64,000 nt of DNA from Botryllus schlosseri (lineage: Eukaryota): assembly GCA_051294905.1 (NCBI GenBank), contig CM119377.1, positions 7,936,001-8,000,000 of the forward strand, written 5' to 3'. The notes beneath the pieces are model-generated. The model had not been told where the DNA came from. It did no database searches and saw only the letters and a program-made list of their open reading frames with translations. Below, piece by piece: positions 37,401-47,527 of the stretch. A program made the position numbers and the translations under genes. The first letter of the stretch is position 1. The number at the start of each line of letters is the position of its first letter.

Positions 37401-39873
37401 CGACCTTCATATATCCGTTGCGGCTTGTGCGCGTATCCACCACAGTCACATTCTGATGTACGTACAGCATCATACTTTCTTTCGGCATGCACCTGCTGTT
37501 AACGACCGTGCTCGTCATCGTGACTAAACCCATAAAGAACAACTGATGCACGCATTCCATCAGCGAATAAATGTACTTTCTCTTGGCGAGCAGTATGCAC
37601 TTGATGCCGGGAGGCAAGTGCCTGACCAGCATGTGCCGCTTATCGACGTCCTGGAGATACTCTTCCAGCTCGTCTGTGATACGGCAAGGCCTGTGAAACT
37701 GACACAGTATCGACAGCGGCATGATCAGCGCCAGCTCTCCGACTTGCAGCCAGTTTTGCGTGCCACGAGGGTGCAGAGGGGCGGGCGGCAAATATCGCTT
37801 CCACGTGAACTCGGGGTCGTACACTTTCGGAGTATCAGTCTCGGAGGTATCGTCGTCGATCGAGGTGGACTGAGGATGGCCGTACGCCAGATACCATAAA
37901 AACTCGTGCAGGACACGCAGCCTTTTGAACCTCGGCTGAAAATACGGGTTGTCCTGATTCTCTCCCGGCGTTTCGTCCTCTTTCTTACCGACCTCGTGCT
38001 TCTGCCGCTCGACTTTTTTATGATCTTGCCTGGCGATGCGGTTCTCTTCGCGACCGATGTGTTTAAAGCGTGCCTGTTCTATCGCGGACTCGTACTGCGC
38101 GTCGGGGCAGTCCAGCGAGCGTACGAAATGAAAAGTCTCGGTCACATCTTTGTACGTGATCGGCACCTCGTCGTGTTTCAGCACTCCGCTCGCTTTCATC
38201 TTCTCTACGAGCCTGGTGACCGAGTGATGGTCTACGGTAGACGTGTCTCCGTCTTTCTTTCCGGCGGTGTTGATGAGTTTTCTGATGGTCACAAATCCGA
38301 TGACGACTTTTTCCCGGTTCACATACTCCAAAACGACATTGTGACGCTTGATGGTACGCGCGGTCAAATTCGCGTCCCATTTTTTCAAATGAGTCGTCTC
38401 AGCCTGCGCTGTCAAATTTGAGTCGGAACTTAGCTTCTCAAATTTTGATTTCCTGGCGCCTTTCGATTTCACATTCCCGGCGTTATGCGCCGGTTTAGGA
38501 TCTCCTTTATCGCCGTCCTGCGTCGCGTCGTCGACTTTCGTTGACAACACTAGTTCCTGCATTTTCTTTTTCTCCGCTATAAACTCCTTGCTCTTACTGC
38601 AGTTCGCGGATATCGCCTTGGGTATGTACATCCGAATACGCTGTTTGCCTTTGTCAAACAGCACCACGTCAACGACTTTCTTTTGCAGCAAAGACTTCAG
38701 AACGTATCTCGCGTCCAGCGTGCCGAAACCTTTCAGGAACCGTTTCATGTCAGACTGACACACGCCCCTCACCGCGTTCAGCTTTATGAAATCGTACGCC
38801 TGGTTCAAGTACGGTCGGTCAAGCGTGAGTGGCGTTAAGGCGAGATCATCAGTGTCGACAGCAGGCTCTGGGTCTTCTTCTTCGTCTAAATCTTGTTTAT
38901 CGGCAAGGGTGGCTACCATTTCGTACACTGTTCGCATCTGTTTGCCCGGACGCACGCTCGAAATCGTGATTTCGCCCGTTTTTTTCAGCGTCTGATACGA
39001 CGATTTAAACGGTTTGGTGTCCGCGTGAAATTTCTCTTTTAAAACACCGAGGTTCATCGAATGATTCGGAGCGTTTTGCAATTCGTCCAGAATCGCCTTC
39101 ATGACACGGGCGCACAGAGGCAGGGAGGTGCGCTCGTACTTTTTCAAGTTCACCAAAATCTGACTGCACACTCTGCTGTCCGCCGCGACTTTGTACGAGT
39201 GGTGGGACTTCGTCACGAGCCCAAGAACTTGTAGTTTTTTCACGATGGCGTGGAACGCCTTGTGGGGGAAGTTCATTTTTGAAAGTCGCGACATGATCAC
39301 GCCTTCCCATCTAGAACGCGCGATCAACTCCAACACGCAGTAGCAATATTCGCTTATATCCTCCAGAAGCACACGGCTCAAATTTCCCGAAAGCAACGCG
39401 TGTTCTCTCATGGGTCGCGACGCGACGATGACAATCCGCTGTCTGCCATATTTGGCAAAACTCGCGGTTAAATCTAAGGATTGTTCGATGATTTCATCTT
39501 TAATATCGACCCTCTCGTTATAATTCGAGCAACATCCGTGTATGCCCGGATCATCCGTTTTTACTGCGCTGGTGCTGTACACTTCCACTATAGTATCGAG
39601 CTCGTCTGGGGCTGTGGCTACGGGCACTCGTTGCTCATCAATACTTACTGTCCGTTCGAATATCTGTGGTTCGTCACGAGGTTTCGGTATTTGCACGACT
39701 CCAAGCGGCGTTTGATCCAGGATGAATTTCCACAAGTACTCGTGCAGTTTGTCGGAAACCGTGTACGGAAGCTTTGGCTTCCGATGATTCATGCGCAGCC
39801 ATAACGCGGGCAATGTGATGCCTTCCAGGCCCTCAAGCGCGATTTCTTCGACGCAAATTTGTTTGATGTCCAT
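34417..39873 (-). CDS. GTF3C1: General transcription factor 3C polypeptide 1 (TFIIIC220), full length, 1818 aa, uninterrupted CDS
   Basis: N-terminal EEIALEGLEGITLPALWLR; B-block winged-helix region YCVLELIARSRWEG; PRFKRLRVLHEFLWYLAYG; IPGDGRGAGGLDSSLF..LYRNW; K/R-rich linker; then LDDVDLEAIKR..RASFTKAEDALYLLC, WSVVRDIMH and C-terminal ICRPWHNLCG...VYSSPGIT. These match GTF3C1 landmarks in order. Confidence 0.95.
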   Translation of the reverse strand: MDIKQICVEEIALEGLEGITLPALWLRMNHRKPKLPYTVSDKLHEYLWKFILDQTPLGVVQIPKPRDEPQIFERTVSIDEQRVPVATAPDELDTIVEVYSTSAVKTDDPGIHGCCSNYNERVDIKDEIIEQSLDLTASFAKYGRQRIVIVASRPMREHALLSGNLSRVLLEDISEYCYCVLELIARSRWEGVIMSRLSKMNFPHKAFHAIVKKLQVLGLVTKSHHSYKVAADSRVCSQILVNLKKYERTSLPLCARVMKAILDELQNAPNHSMNLGVLKEKFHADTKPFKSSYQTLKKTGEITISSVRPGKQMRTVYEMVATLADKQDLDEEEDPEPAVDTDDLALTPLTLDRPYLNQAYDFIKLNAVRGVCQSDMKRFLKGFGTLDARYVLKSLLQKKVVDVVLFDKGKQRIRMYIPKAISANCSKSKEFIAEKKKMQELVLSTKVDDATQDGDKGDPKPAHNAGNVKSKGARKSKFEKLSSDSNLTAQAETTHLKKWDANLTARTIKRHNVVLEYVNREKVVIGFVTIRKLINTAGKKDGDTSTVDHHSVTRLVEKMKASGVLKHDEVPITYKDVTETFHFVRSLDCPDAQYESAIEQARFKHIGREENRIARQDHKKVERQKHEVGKKEDETPGENQDNPYFQPRFKRLRVLHEFLWYLAYGHPQSTSIDDDTSETDTPKVYDPEFTWKRYLPPAPLHPRGTQNWLQVGELALIMPLSILCQFHRPCRITDELEEYLQDVDKRHMLVRHLPPGIKCILLAKRKYIYSLMECVHQLFFMGLVTMTSTVVNSRCMPKESMMLYVHQNVTVVDTRTSRNGYMKVEEKHYEKIAYKLDDSQVLESFWYKLQAICMQTKLGSYQHMDGEPPKSHMCNTAVKNFVKSASETVQEPRDDGHIPGDGRGAGGLDSSLFSFLYRNWNALQARKMMKSSGTRKKREPAVVEKSRKRPPADVKAAGEPKPKLRKTASKGSEKPPPPVKSRAKPSTTVQTKEIEVVMESNVGRNERVKGGRGVKRKAAPAPPEQPSSSSTLLNLNKVRRRNTKKAGGMLKQGKQRIKYLDDVDLEAIKRRNGRIRASFTKAEDALYLLCHVTTTLLVHLYWKKPHRPRKQIIPWSVVRDIMHSSLPESADKTSYSGGRRTHILMKNPETRICHDISVADIKSDNKFLAEFCPPELDLECNSAKVREVYCKLVEQLKKRFKSQPGLFEDEIPDTSEQVLNRYVPKTIICKSGDIVPRRCYFDDAINDELDVRKSVAENMIYIALAMSDSEFSIFQAYRAFEEFPESTLKDVFSKMKIGGYACRKRHQYRKVPYAMRMYRLTYAHHLSLKAPVPMTVVDEVSQGLEQSGDLEIKTVTTLNHVFLTSYFMTKKTLDIEVDIPDDVVVPEALNSSVFENQFRSMLQGAEKDLLKEVRDSKTNEGDSSTVPPDSLMAAAACILKENFDDNAKTGENSEANSNAADRKLKIAELMRLYHRHPSYSNWLILIKSNSKRSESKFSALNFSSTSDCIVLTPCTIKINNTLTMLDQYCNVDPSERVTTINNLLRSKPVNIERSEAEWAQRNRKVNAHGIVARAIFDSVDSAGYAGISMRGLFESVRFDNKSVNACLDVLFEKLVLYSVGIKEIRVVSYKNVSPWVAKGFRYKDGNRNFQNEILYELKLFQPEKSGEEVKEKKDSKEEAPAALPAEGKRLQSKYEAVEFICRPWHNLCGEISFASAKSLLTSVFMKVYSSPGITQDSICASLSYQRVVIVELLRVLKETGCIQEMSVECPGVKRLFGAPSPAKTVVYYEATDDGLVIVSQWTSVANKMISLSVAATEE

Positions 39874-40034
39874 CGCATAAACACATACCACAGGCCTAAA
39901 GTTCGATAACTGAATTTATCTGTAGATAAATAATCGTTAGAATGTAAACGAACCAATAAAATACAACAATCGTAGAACACAGTGTCCGAAATGACCTGAC
40001 CTGACATACATTTAAATGAAGTGTCGGAATGGAA

Positions 40035-40210
40035 CATCACACCTACATGTGCAGGCAAGCTTACACTATTTCAGACCATCAACCCCAACACCGAAGGGAA
40101 AGTCAGACTCTAAATCAGGAAAGGTAGAATGAGTTTGTGTGCCTTCCTGATGGTCTGGGTAGTAATCAAATTCCTTCGCACTTGACAATATACCATTATT
40201 ATTCACAGAT
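40035..40210 (-). pseudogene. Decayed 5' fragment of the 290-aa HNH-like gene (tandem duplication remnant)
   Basis: Aligns by eye to codons ~1-70 of 32216-33088 (e.g. ACCATCAGGAAGGCA, CTGACTTTCCC). The ATG has become GTG, and there are indels and a stop. Confidence 0.8.
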
Positions 40211-41453
40211 ATATTAGGCAGAAGTGCTGGTACTGTGGATTCATGCTTATATCATTGCAGAAATTTAAGAGAACATATTATAATGAATGTAAAATGAAGT
40301 AGGCAAAGCACTTTTATTGCAAGCGTGCAATTGGCCTGAATACCATATGCATTATTTTGAATTGAACCGCACAAGAAAATGCAGACATTTCCACCATTTC
40401 AATTACAGCCATTCAACACAAAACAACTGATCTTTTTACATACAGAATATTTGAGGATCAAAACGACTGAATACAACCTAATTCGGTTCATCTCTATCCG
40501 CAAAAAATTCACATACAATGATAGGCCCACTCTGGTATGCGGATCAGGTGCAAACCACTCCCAACACCATCACCTCGCCAACCCGTATTCTATGCCTGGT
40601 GACATCATAAGCGAAAAGTCAGATAGTTCACACGGGTAACAACCGTAATCCAAATGCATTCACATATTATCGTTGAAAGCTGGGGTTACAACATAGTCCC
40701 TGTAAATTGACTGACTTGCCCAGAAAGAGAACGAATGATCACAGTGCCACTATAGCAATGATGATTTATCACAATAACATCAGCATGGCAGTACAATATT
40801 CCATGTGTATCAGTGATGATTTTATCAGGCAGTTGGGATTTGCAGTCAAAACTACAGTAGTAACAAGAAATGAAAAATAATATATTCTTATTGAAATAAA
40901 CCCGAATATTTTCGACTTACATTCGTCAGGGGTAATCGTCATCAACCAGTAGACTAGTATCAACAATCGTATGCATTGTTCTTTCCAATAGTTGCTTACC
41001 CTGGATGAGTTTCATCAAAAAATATTCGGGTTTATTTCAATATGAATATGTCATGCAATTGTATATTGAAGTCCTGTGCCTGAAACAAGCTATATCAAAC
41101 TTCAAATATGTACCCGTTATGCCACCACAAAGAATATAATGCCTGTTATCCATCACTTCAAAGACACTTTGTTATTTTTTGACCCTACCGATTTCATTAC
41201 ACTTTGTGACAATGTTCTAGGAAGATCATGACTTTGGAAATGGGATATTTCCAGCAACATTAGTAGCTTTGTACTATATGTTTAGTATGCTGGGATACTG
41301 CCAATCAATGTCTCAAGGATTCCACAGTCGAAAACAGTATCGAGCCATAATTTTTGATGAAATAACTTTCGGTGGCTGGTAGAATATAATTTCAGTACTC
41401 GAAAAAATAGTCTTTTACTACTCGACTCGAATCATTGTGCCCAGCCCTATAAG

Positions 41454-42549
41454 TAGGGTTGGGACTTCGGGATCAAATTTGAAATCCCGGGATCGGGATT
41501 TCCCGGGATTTGCGCTTCTCAATCCCGGGATTTCCCGGGATTAGCAAAGTAGTAAAATACACATACAAGCTACACACACAACATTTATTCCTTGTAGTAT
41601 TGACGAAAAAACATGCTCCCGTGAATACGAATGAAACCCAGCGACCGAAGGCCACCCGGATAATGAGTGTTTAAATTCATGTACCGCCTGTTTCGTGTAG
41701 AAAATGATTCGTCAAACGTGATCGAAAAACATCCAACGCTGCGTTTCATTGCCATAAGCTGATCTTCTTCCACACACTTACGGATTTATTTGCTGTGCTC
41801 GATCACCAAGTCACGAACCCGTTTGCGACATCTTGACAAGTCATAGCCATAAGCCTTGAAGGCCCGACGAATTCACTCACTTTGGGTAACTGAATAAATG
41901 TTAACCCGTCCACAGCAGTTAACTGGTTATGAAGTTCATCGAGGCGAGGCTTATGCGATTTATTTTATAGGAATCGATCTTCCTCATCTTTATTTTTAGC
42001 TGATCTTTCTTTGACGTGTCCGATTGAGTCATGCATGATTTAATTACTATCATTTGTACGGACCTTAAATGCGGTATTAGTCCCAGCTAGACACTGAAGC
42101 TTTCAAGACGTCTTGACACAAGTTGCATTTGGCTTTTTATGTAGATTTATACAACATCAAACAGTTTCGCTAGACATGTGATTTTCTCTTTGCATTGACA
42201 TCTTCGAAATTCGCCATTATTCGACCTGTATTTCATCTCCACAGCACCGTCCTTGTGACTTTCCGATACTCAGTTACACTAATACGATTCGTAGACTACG
42301 ACGGAAGTGATTATGTAGTACATTGTTATGCCATAGCTGGCTTTAATATCAAATAATTGTGAATTGTTTTAGACAATCAGCAGAGTTTGTTACATTGCTT
42401 TATTACCAAAATAAGAGATATATGTTGCCACGTAAGCCTTGGAAAATGCTCTTTACAAATCCCGGGATTTCATTGGGAGTAATCCCGGGATCGGGATTGC
42501 TTCAAATCCCGGGATCCCGGGATCGGGATTTCCCGGGGTCCCAACGCTA
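41454..42549 (-). mobile_element. Internally deleted hAT element (CCCGGGAT family) with a transposase catalytic-region remnant
   Basis: Ends TAGGGTTGGGAC and GTCCCAACGCTA; perfect TSD CCTATAAG; CCCGGGAT arms. The minus strand encodes FSITFDESFSTRNRRYMNLNTH..SLGFIRIHGSM, resembling the first catalytic Asp region of hAT transposases. Confidence 0.9.
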
Positions 42550-42746
42550 CCTATAAGTAACAGAAAAAAGAAATAATAATATAACCACTCAAATATATGA
42601 GAGATACCAAAAGGCAAAAACAGTGAGACTCATCGCAGACTCTGGGAGACTTTCAAATTGAACTGCGCCCAAAATGCTATTTCTCATCTCCAGAACGCCA
42701 GTTGGGATGTCGCACATTGCACCGAAAAATACTCTTTGACGCAGGG

Positions 42747-45700
42747 TCACAAGGGAGTCTTGTGAACCGCTTTAGAAAATCGTTTCTTGTCAGAGTTTAA
42801 CAGAGCGCTCAAAGGCGAAGGTGTGGTGGCGGCCTTACGTTTGACGCCGGGCCGGAGTGCAGCGCGTTTCTTCCTTTTTCGGTTGCTCACAATGACGACT
42901 GTGATTTCTTTCGCCGGAAGACTCGCAGATCGTTCGATTTCAGATTTTCCAGTCGTTTCTACAGTACTTTTCGAATCTTTACCGCTTACCTCCGCCGAAC
43001 CCACACAGTCGATCATTCTCGACTTCACCTCACCGGAAATGCCATCATCTGCCCGCGACCTTCTTTTGCGACCCTTCTCCGCTTTAATCTTGTTCCAGGC
43101 TTGAAGAGTATGCCAATTCTTGGGGAGGAAACTGAAAAAATTTGAATCGAGGCCACCAGCGCCGAGACCGTCGCCAGGTAGGCCTATGCGACCGTCGTCG
43201 CGATGCTCGAGCTGGGTTTCAAGAGAAGATTTCACAAATTCTCTAACTGCAGTGACGCACAGATGGCCATTTGTTTCACCCCCGATGTACTTCAGCGAGC
43301 CGAGCTTGGTCTGCAAGCAGACCTCCTGAAGGTTATCCCAAAACGACTCTAGCACCTGCGAGTTGTCTAATCTATACGCTATCTTCTCGTAATTATTTTC
43401 CTCAACTTTCATATATCCGCTGCAGCTGGCACGCGTATCCACCACAGTCGCGTTCCTATGTACGTACACCATCAGACTTTCCTTCGGCATGTGCCATCCG
43501 TTGCCGATTTTGCATGTCATCGTCACCAGGCCCATGAAGAATAACTGGTGCACGCTTTCGACGAGAGAGTAGATGTACTTTCTCTTGCCGAGAAACAAGC
43601 ACTTAATGCCCGAAGGCAAGTGTCTGACCGGCGTGTGACGCTTGTCAGCATCCTGCAGATACTCTACCAACTCTTCCGTCATCCGCCAAGGTCTGTGAAA
43701 CTGGCACAGTATCGACAGCGGCATGATCGATGCCAGTTCTCCGATTTTCATCCATTTGCGGTCGACGTAAGTGTGGATAGGGGCCGATGGCAGATACCGT
43801 TTCCACGTGAATTCGGGGTCGTAAAGTTTTAACGCGTCTGCTCCCAAGTCACCATCATTAGCTGCATCGGAGAGCGGATGGGCGTATGCCAAATACCACA
43901 AAAACTCGTGTAACACACGCAGCCTTTTGAATCTCGGCTGTAAATTTGGATTTTTAGCCGCTTCTTCCTTCTTACTCATTTCACGCTTCTGCTTCCATGC
44001 CTTCTCCTGAAATTGCCTGGCGATACGACTCTCCTCGCGTGCGATGTACTCAAACCGTGCCTGATCTATCGCGGACTCGTACAGCGCGTCAGGACAGTCC
44101 AACGAGCGTATGAAATCAACAGTCTCGGTCACTTCTTTGTGCGTCAGCTGCACATGGGTGTGTTTCAGCACTCCGTTCGCTTTCATATTCTCGACAAGCC
44201 TGGTTATGGAATTGAGGCACACTTTACATGTGACGCCGTCCTTCTCGTCGGCCGTGGTGATGAGTTTTTTATCTTGGCCAATCCCGTGACTACTTTTTCC
44301 CCGTTGACGTACTCCAGAATGACATTGTGACGCTTGATGGTGCGTGCCGTCAAACCCGCGTCCCGCTTTTTCGAGTGAGCCATGTCTGACTTTGCCGTCA
44401 AATCGACGGAAGGGTTCAATTGATCGAGTCTCGAGTTCTTAGTTCCTTCCGATTTCGAAATCTCGGAGACATTTGCAGGCAGATCTCCGGCATTAGCATC
44501 CCGTGTGCACTCGTCATACTTCGTCGACAGCATAAGTTCCTGCATTTTCTTTTTGACTGCAATAAACTCCTCGCTTTTGCCGCAGTTTGCGGTCACCGTC
44601 TTGGGAAAGTACATCATAATGCGCTGCTTGCCTCGATCGATCAGCACCGCGTCCAGCACTTTCTTATGCACTAACGAGGTGATGATGTATCTCGCTTCCA
44701 ATGCACTGATACCGTCAACAAGCCGGTGCACGTCTGTCAATGACACGCCCCTTGCCACGTTTTGCTTGATAAAATCATACGCCTGGTTCAATATAGGCCT
44801 ATTGAGTGTCAGCGGCATCAAGACGAGTTCGTCGCTGTGTGCAACCGGCCCAGGGTCATCTTGTTTTTCAGCAAGGGTAACTGTCTTTTCGCACCTGCCA
44901 TGCTCAGAAATCGTGATTTCACCAGTTTTTTTCAGCATCTTATACGCAGTCTTAAAGGGTTTCGATCGTGTCTTAAATTTCTCTTTTAAAACGCCAAGGT
45001 TCATGGACTGGTTCCGGGAATTTTGCAATTCCTTCAAAATCCCCTTCCTAGCTCTGGCGTAGAGCGTCAGGGAGGTGCGCTCATACTTTTTCAAGTTCAC
45101 CAAAACCTGAGTGCAAGTGCGGGTAGTTTTGTACGAGTGGTGCGTCTTTGTAACCAGCCCGAGAACGTGCAGCATCTTCACGATGGCCTGGTAGGCCTTG
45201 TTGCGGAAATTCAATTTGGCCAGCCTCGACATGATCACGCCTTCCCACCTGGAACGCGCGATCAACTCCAACACGCAATAACAATGATCGCTTACATGCT
45301 CCAAAAGCACGCGACTAAAATTTCCCGATAGCATCGCGTGTTCTCTATCGGATTGAGACGCGACAATGACTATCTGCTGTCGGCCGTACTTAGCGAAACT
45401 CGTGGTCAAATCTAAGGATTGTTCAACAATCTCATCTTTGATATCAACCCTCTCGTTATAATTCGAGCAAGATCCGCGTATGCCCTCATCATCCGTTTCT
45501 ACCGCACTGCTACTGTACACTTCCACTATTGTATCGAGCTCGTCAGGAGCTGTGGCTATAGGCACTTGTTCCTCATCTAGACTTTTAGTCCGTTCAAATA
45601 GCTGTGGTTCGTCACGAGGTTTCGGTATTTGTACGACTCCAAGTGGCGCGTGATCCAGTATGAATTTCCCCAAGTACTCGTGCAGTTTGTCGGGAACCGT

Positions 45701-45800
45701 GTACGGAAGCTTTGGCTTCCGATGATTCATGCGCAGGCAATGTAATGCCGTCCAGGCCCTCGAGCGCAATTTCTTTGACGCAAATTTGTTTGATGTCCAT
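42747..45800 (-). pseudogene. GTF3C1: GTF3C1 copy 2: C-terminally truncated, with two frameshifts
   Basis: ATG at 45800 (MDIKQICVKEIALEG). An 11-nt deletion near 45736 and a 1-nt deletion in the T run at 44265-44270 split it over the listed ORFs 45612-46088, 44204-45835 and 42747-44222. It ends RFSKAVHKTPL*. Confidence 0.85.
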
Positions 45801-46159
45801 CGCACAAACACATACCACAGGCCTAAATTCAACAACTAAATTTATCTGTATATAAATAATTGTTAGAATGCAAACAAAATAATAAAATTCAACAATCGTT
45901 GAACACAGTGCCAGAAATGACTTGGATTTGGAAGTGGATTGAAACAGGCTCAACAGGGTTATGCAACTCGTCAACAAATATCTTCGATAATCGTGTTCCC
46001 GTATATACGTAACATCGGGAAAATACAGAATAGTAACACTTTTACGAAGTCTGTACCATGAATAACTTAATAGCCAACAGGCCTTCAACTTGGCTACGTT
46101 AAGGATGACAAAATACGGTACCGGTAACCCTAGAGTTACGGTCTTAGCAAACAGGACAT

Positions 46160-46380
46160 GGCACCAATCAGGGACAGAATTACACCTACAGGAGCGAGTC
46201 TCCTATGCGCAGGTAAATTTACACTATTCCACACAAAATCCAGCCTCACCCCAACACCAAAGGGAAATTCAGACTCAAGTCAGGAGAGTTAGAATGAGTT
46301 CGTGTGCCTTCCTGATAGTCTCGAACGCAATCAAATTCCTTCGCACACGACAATATATCATTATTATTCACAGATATCTT
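46160..46380 (-). pseudogene. Second decayed 5' fragment of the 290-aa HNH-like gene
   Basis: Aligns to codons ~1-72 (..FVWNSVNLPAHRRLAPVGVILSLIG versus YVWKSVNLTAHKGLAPVGGMLSLIT). The ATG is lost. Confidence 0.8.
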
Positions 46381-47527
46381 AGGCGGAAATGATGGTACTG
46401 TGGATTTATGCTTGTATCATTGCATAAATTTTAGAAAACAAAGTAGGTAAAGCACTTTTATTGCAAGCGTGCAATTGACCTGAATATAATATGCATAATT
46501 TTGAACAGAACCATAAAAGGACAAGCGGACATTTCCATCATTTCAACTAGAGCCATTCATCACAAAACGACCGATATTTTTTCGTTGTTTACAAAAAATT
46601 TTGAGGATCAAAATGACTGAATACATCCCAATTCAGGTAATCTCTATCCGCAAAAAATACAAATGAAATGATACTCCGGCAGGCAGATCAGATGAGAACC
46701 AGTCCCAACACCATCACCTCGCCAACCCTTATTCTATTCCTGGTAATATCATAAGCGACAAGTCCCTATCATTTTGCATCGAGTCAAATAGTATGATCCG
46801 GTTAACCACCATAATCCAAACGTATTCACATATTATCTCAAGCCACAAGTTTTGAAATCTGCAGTTGAAACAAAGTCACTGTAAATTACCTGACTTGATC
46901 AGAAAGAGCCAAAATGATTACAGTTGAAATAATCGTGGCACAATAGCAGTGATGAGTTATCACAATAGCATCAACATGACAGTACATTGATACATAGTAT
47001 CAGTGATGATTTAATCAGGCAATCAAAACGACATGAGTACCAAAAAATGAATAATATATTGATATTGACATAAACCCGAAGATTTTCAGCTTACATTCGT
47101 CAGGGGCAGGGGTAATCGTCATCAACTAGTAGACTAGTATCAACAATCGTATACAATGTTCTTTCCAATAGTTGCTGACGATAACCCTCGACGAGTTTCA
47201 GTCAAAAATATTTGTGTTTATTTCAATATGAATATGTTCTGCAATTGTGTAGTGAAGTCCTGTACCTCCGACAAGCTCCCCGAGTAACATAAAAAGGTGA
47301 TAATAATAAACACTCAAATACATGAGAGATACCAAAAGGCAGAAACAGTGAGATTCATCGCAGACTCTGGGAAACTTTCGAATTGAAACGCACCGAAAAC
47401 GATATTTCACAATAAAATGCACAAATTCCATAGCGCTGGTTGGGATGTCGCACATTGCACCGAAAAATACTTCAAGTAACTACCGCATTCCTTTGCGTAT
47501 AACTGACGCAGGGTCAAAGCCAGTCCG

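Noticed and set aside
35009-39804. Many plus-strand ORFs of 100-225 aa opposite GTF3C1, and similar ones opposite iRhom and copies 2 and 3
   Set aside because: These are antisense shadows of long GC-rich CDSs with no recognisable motifs.
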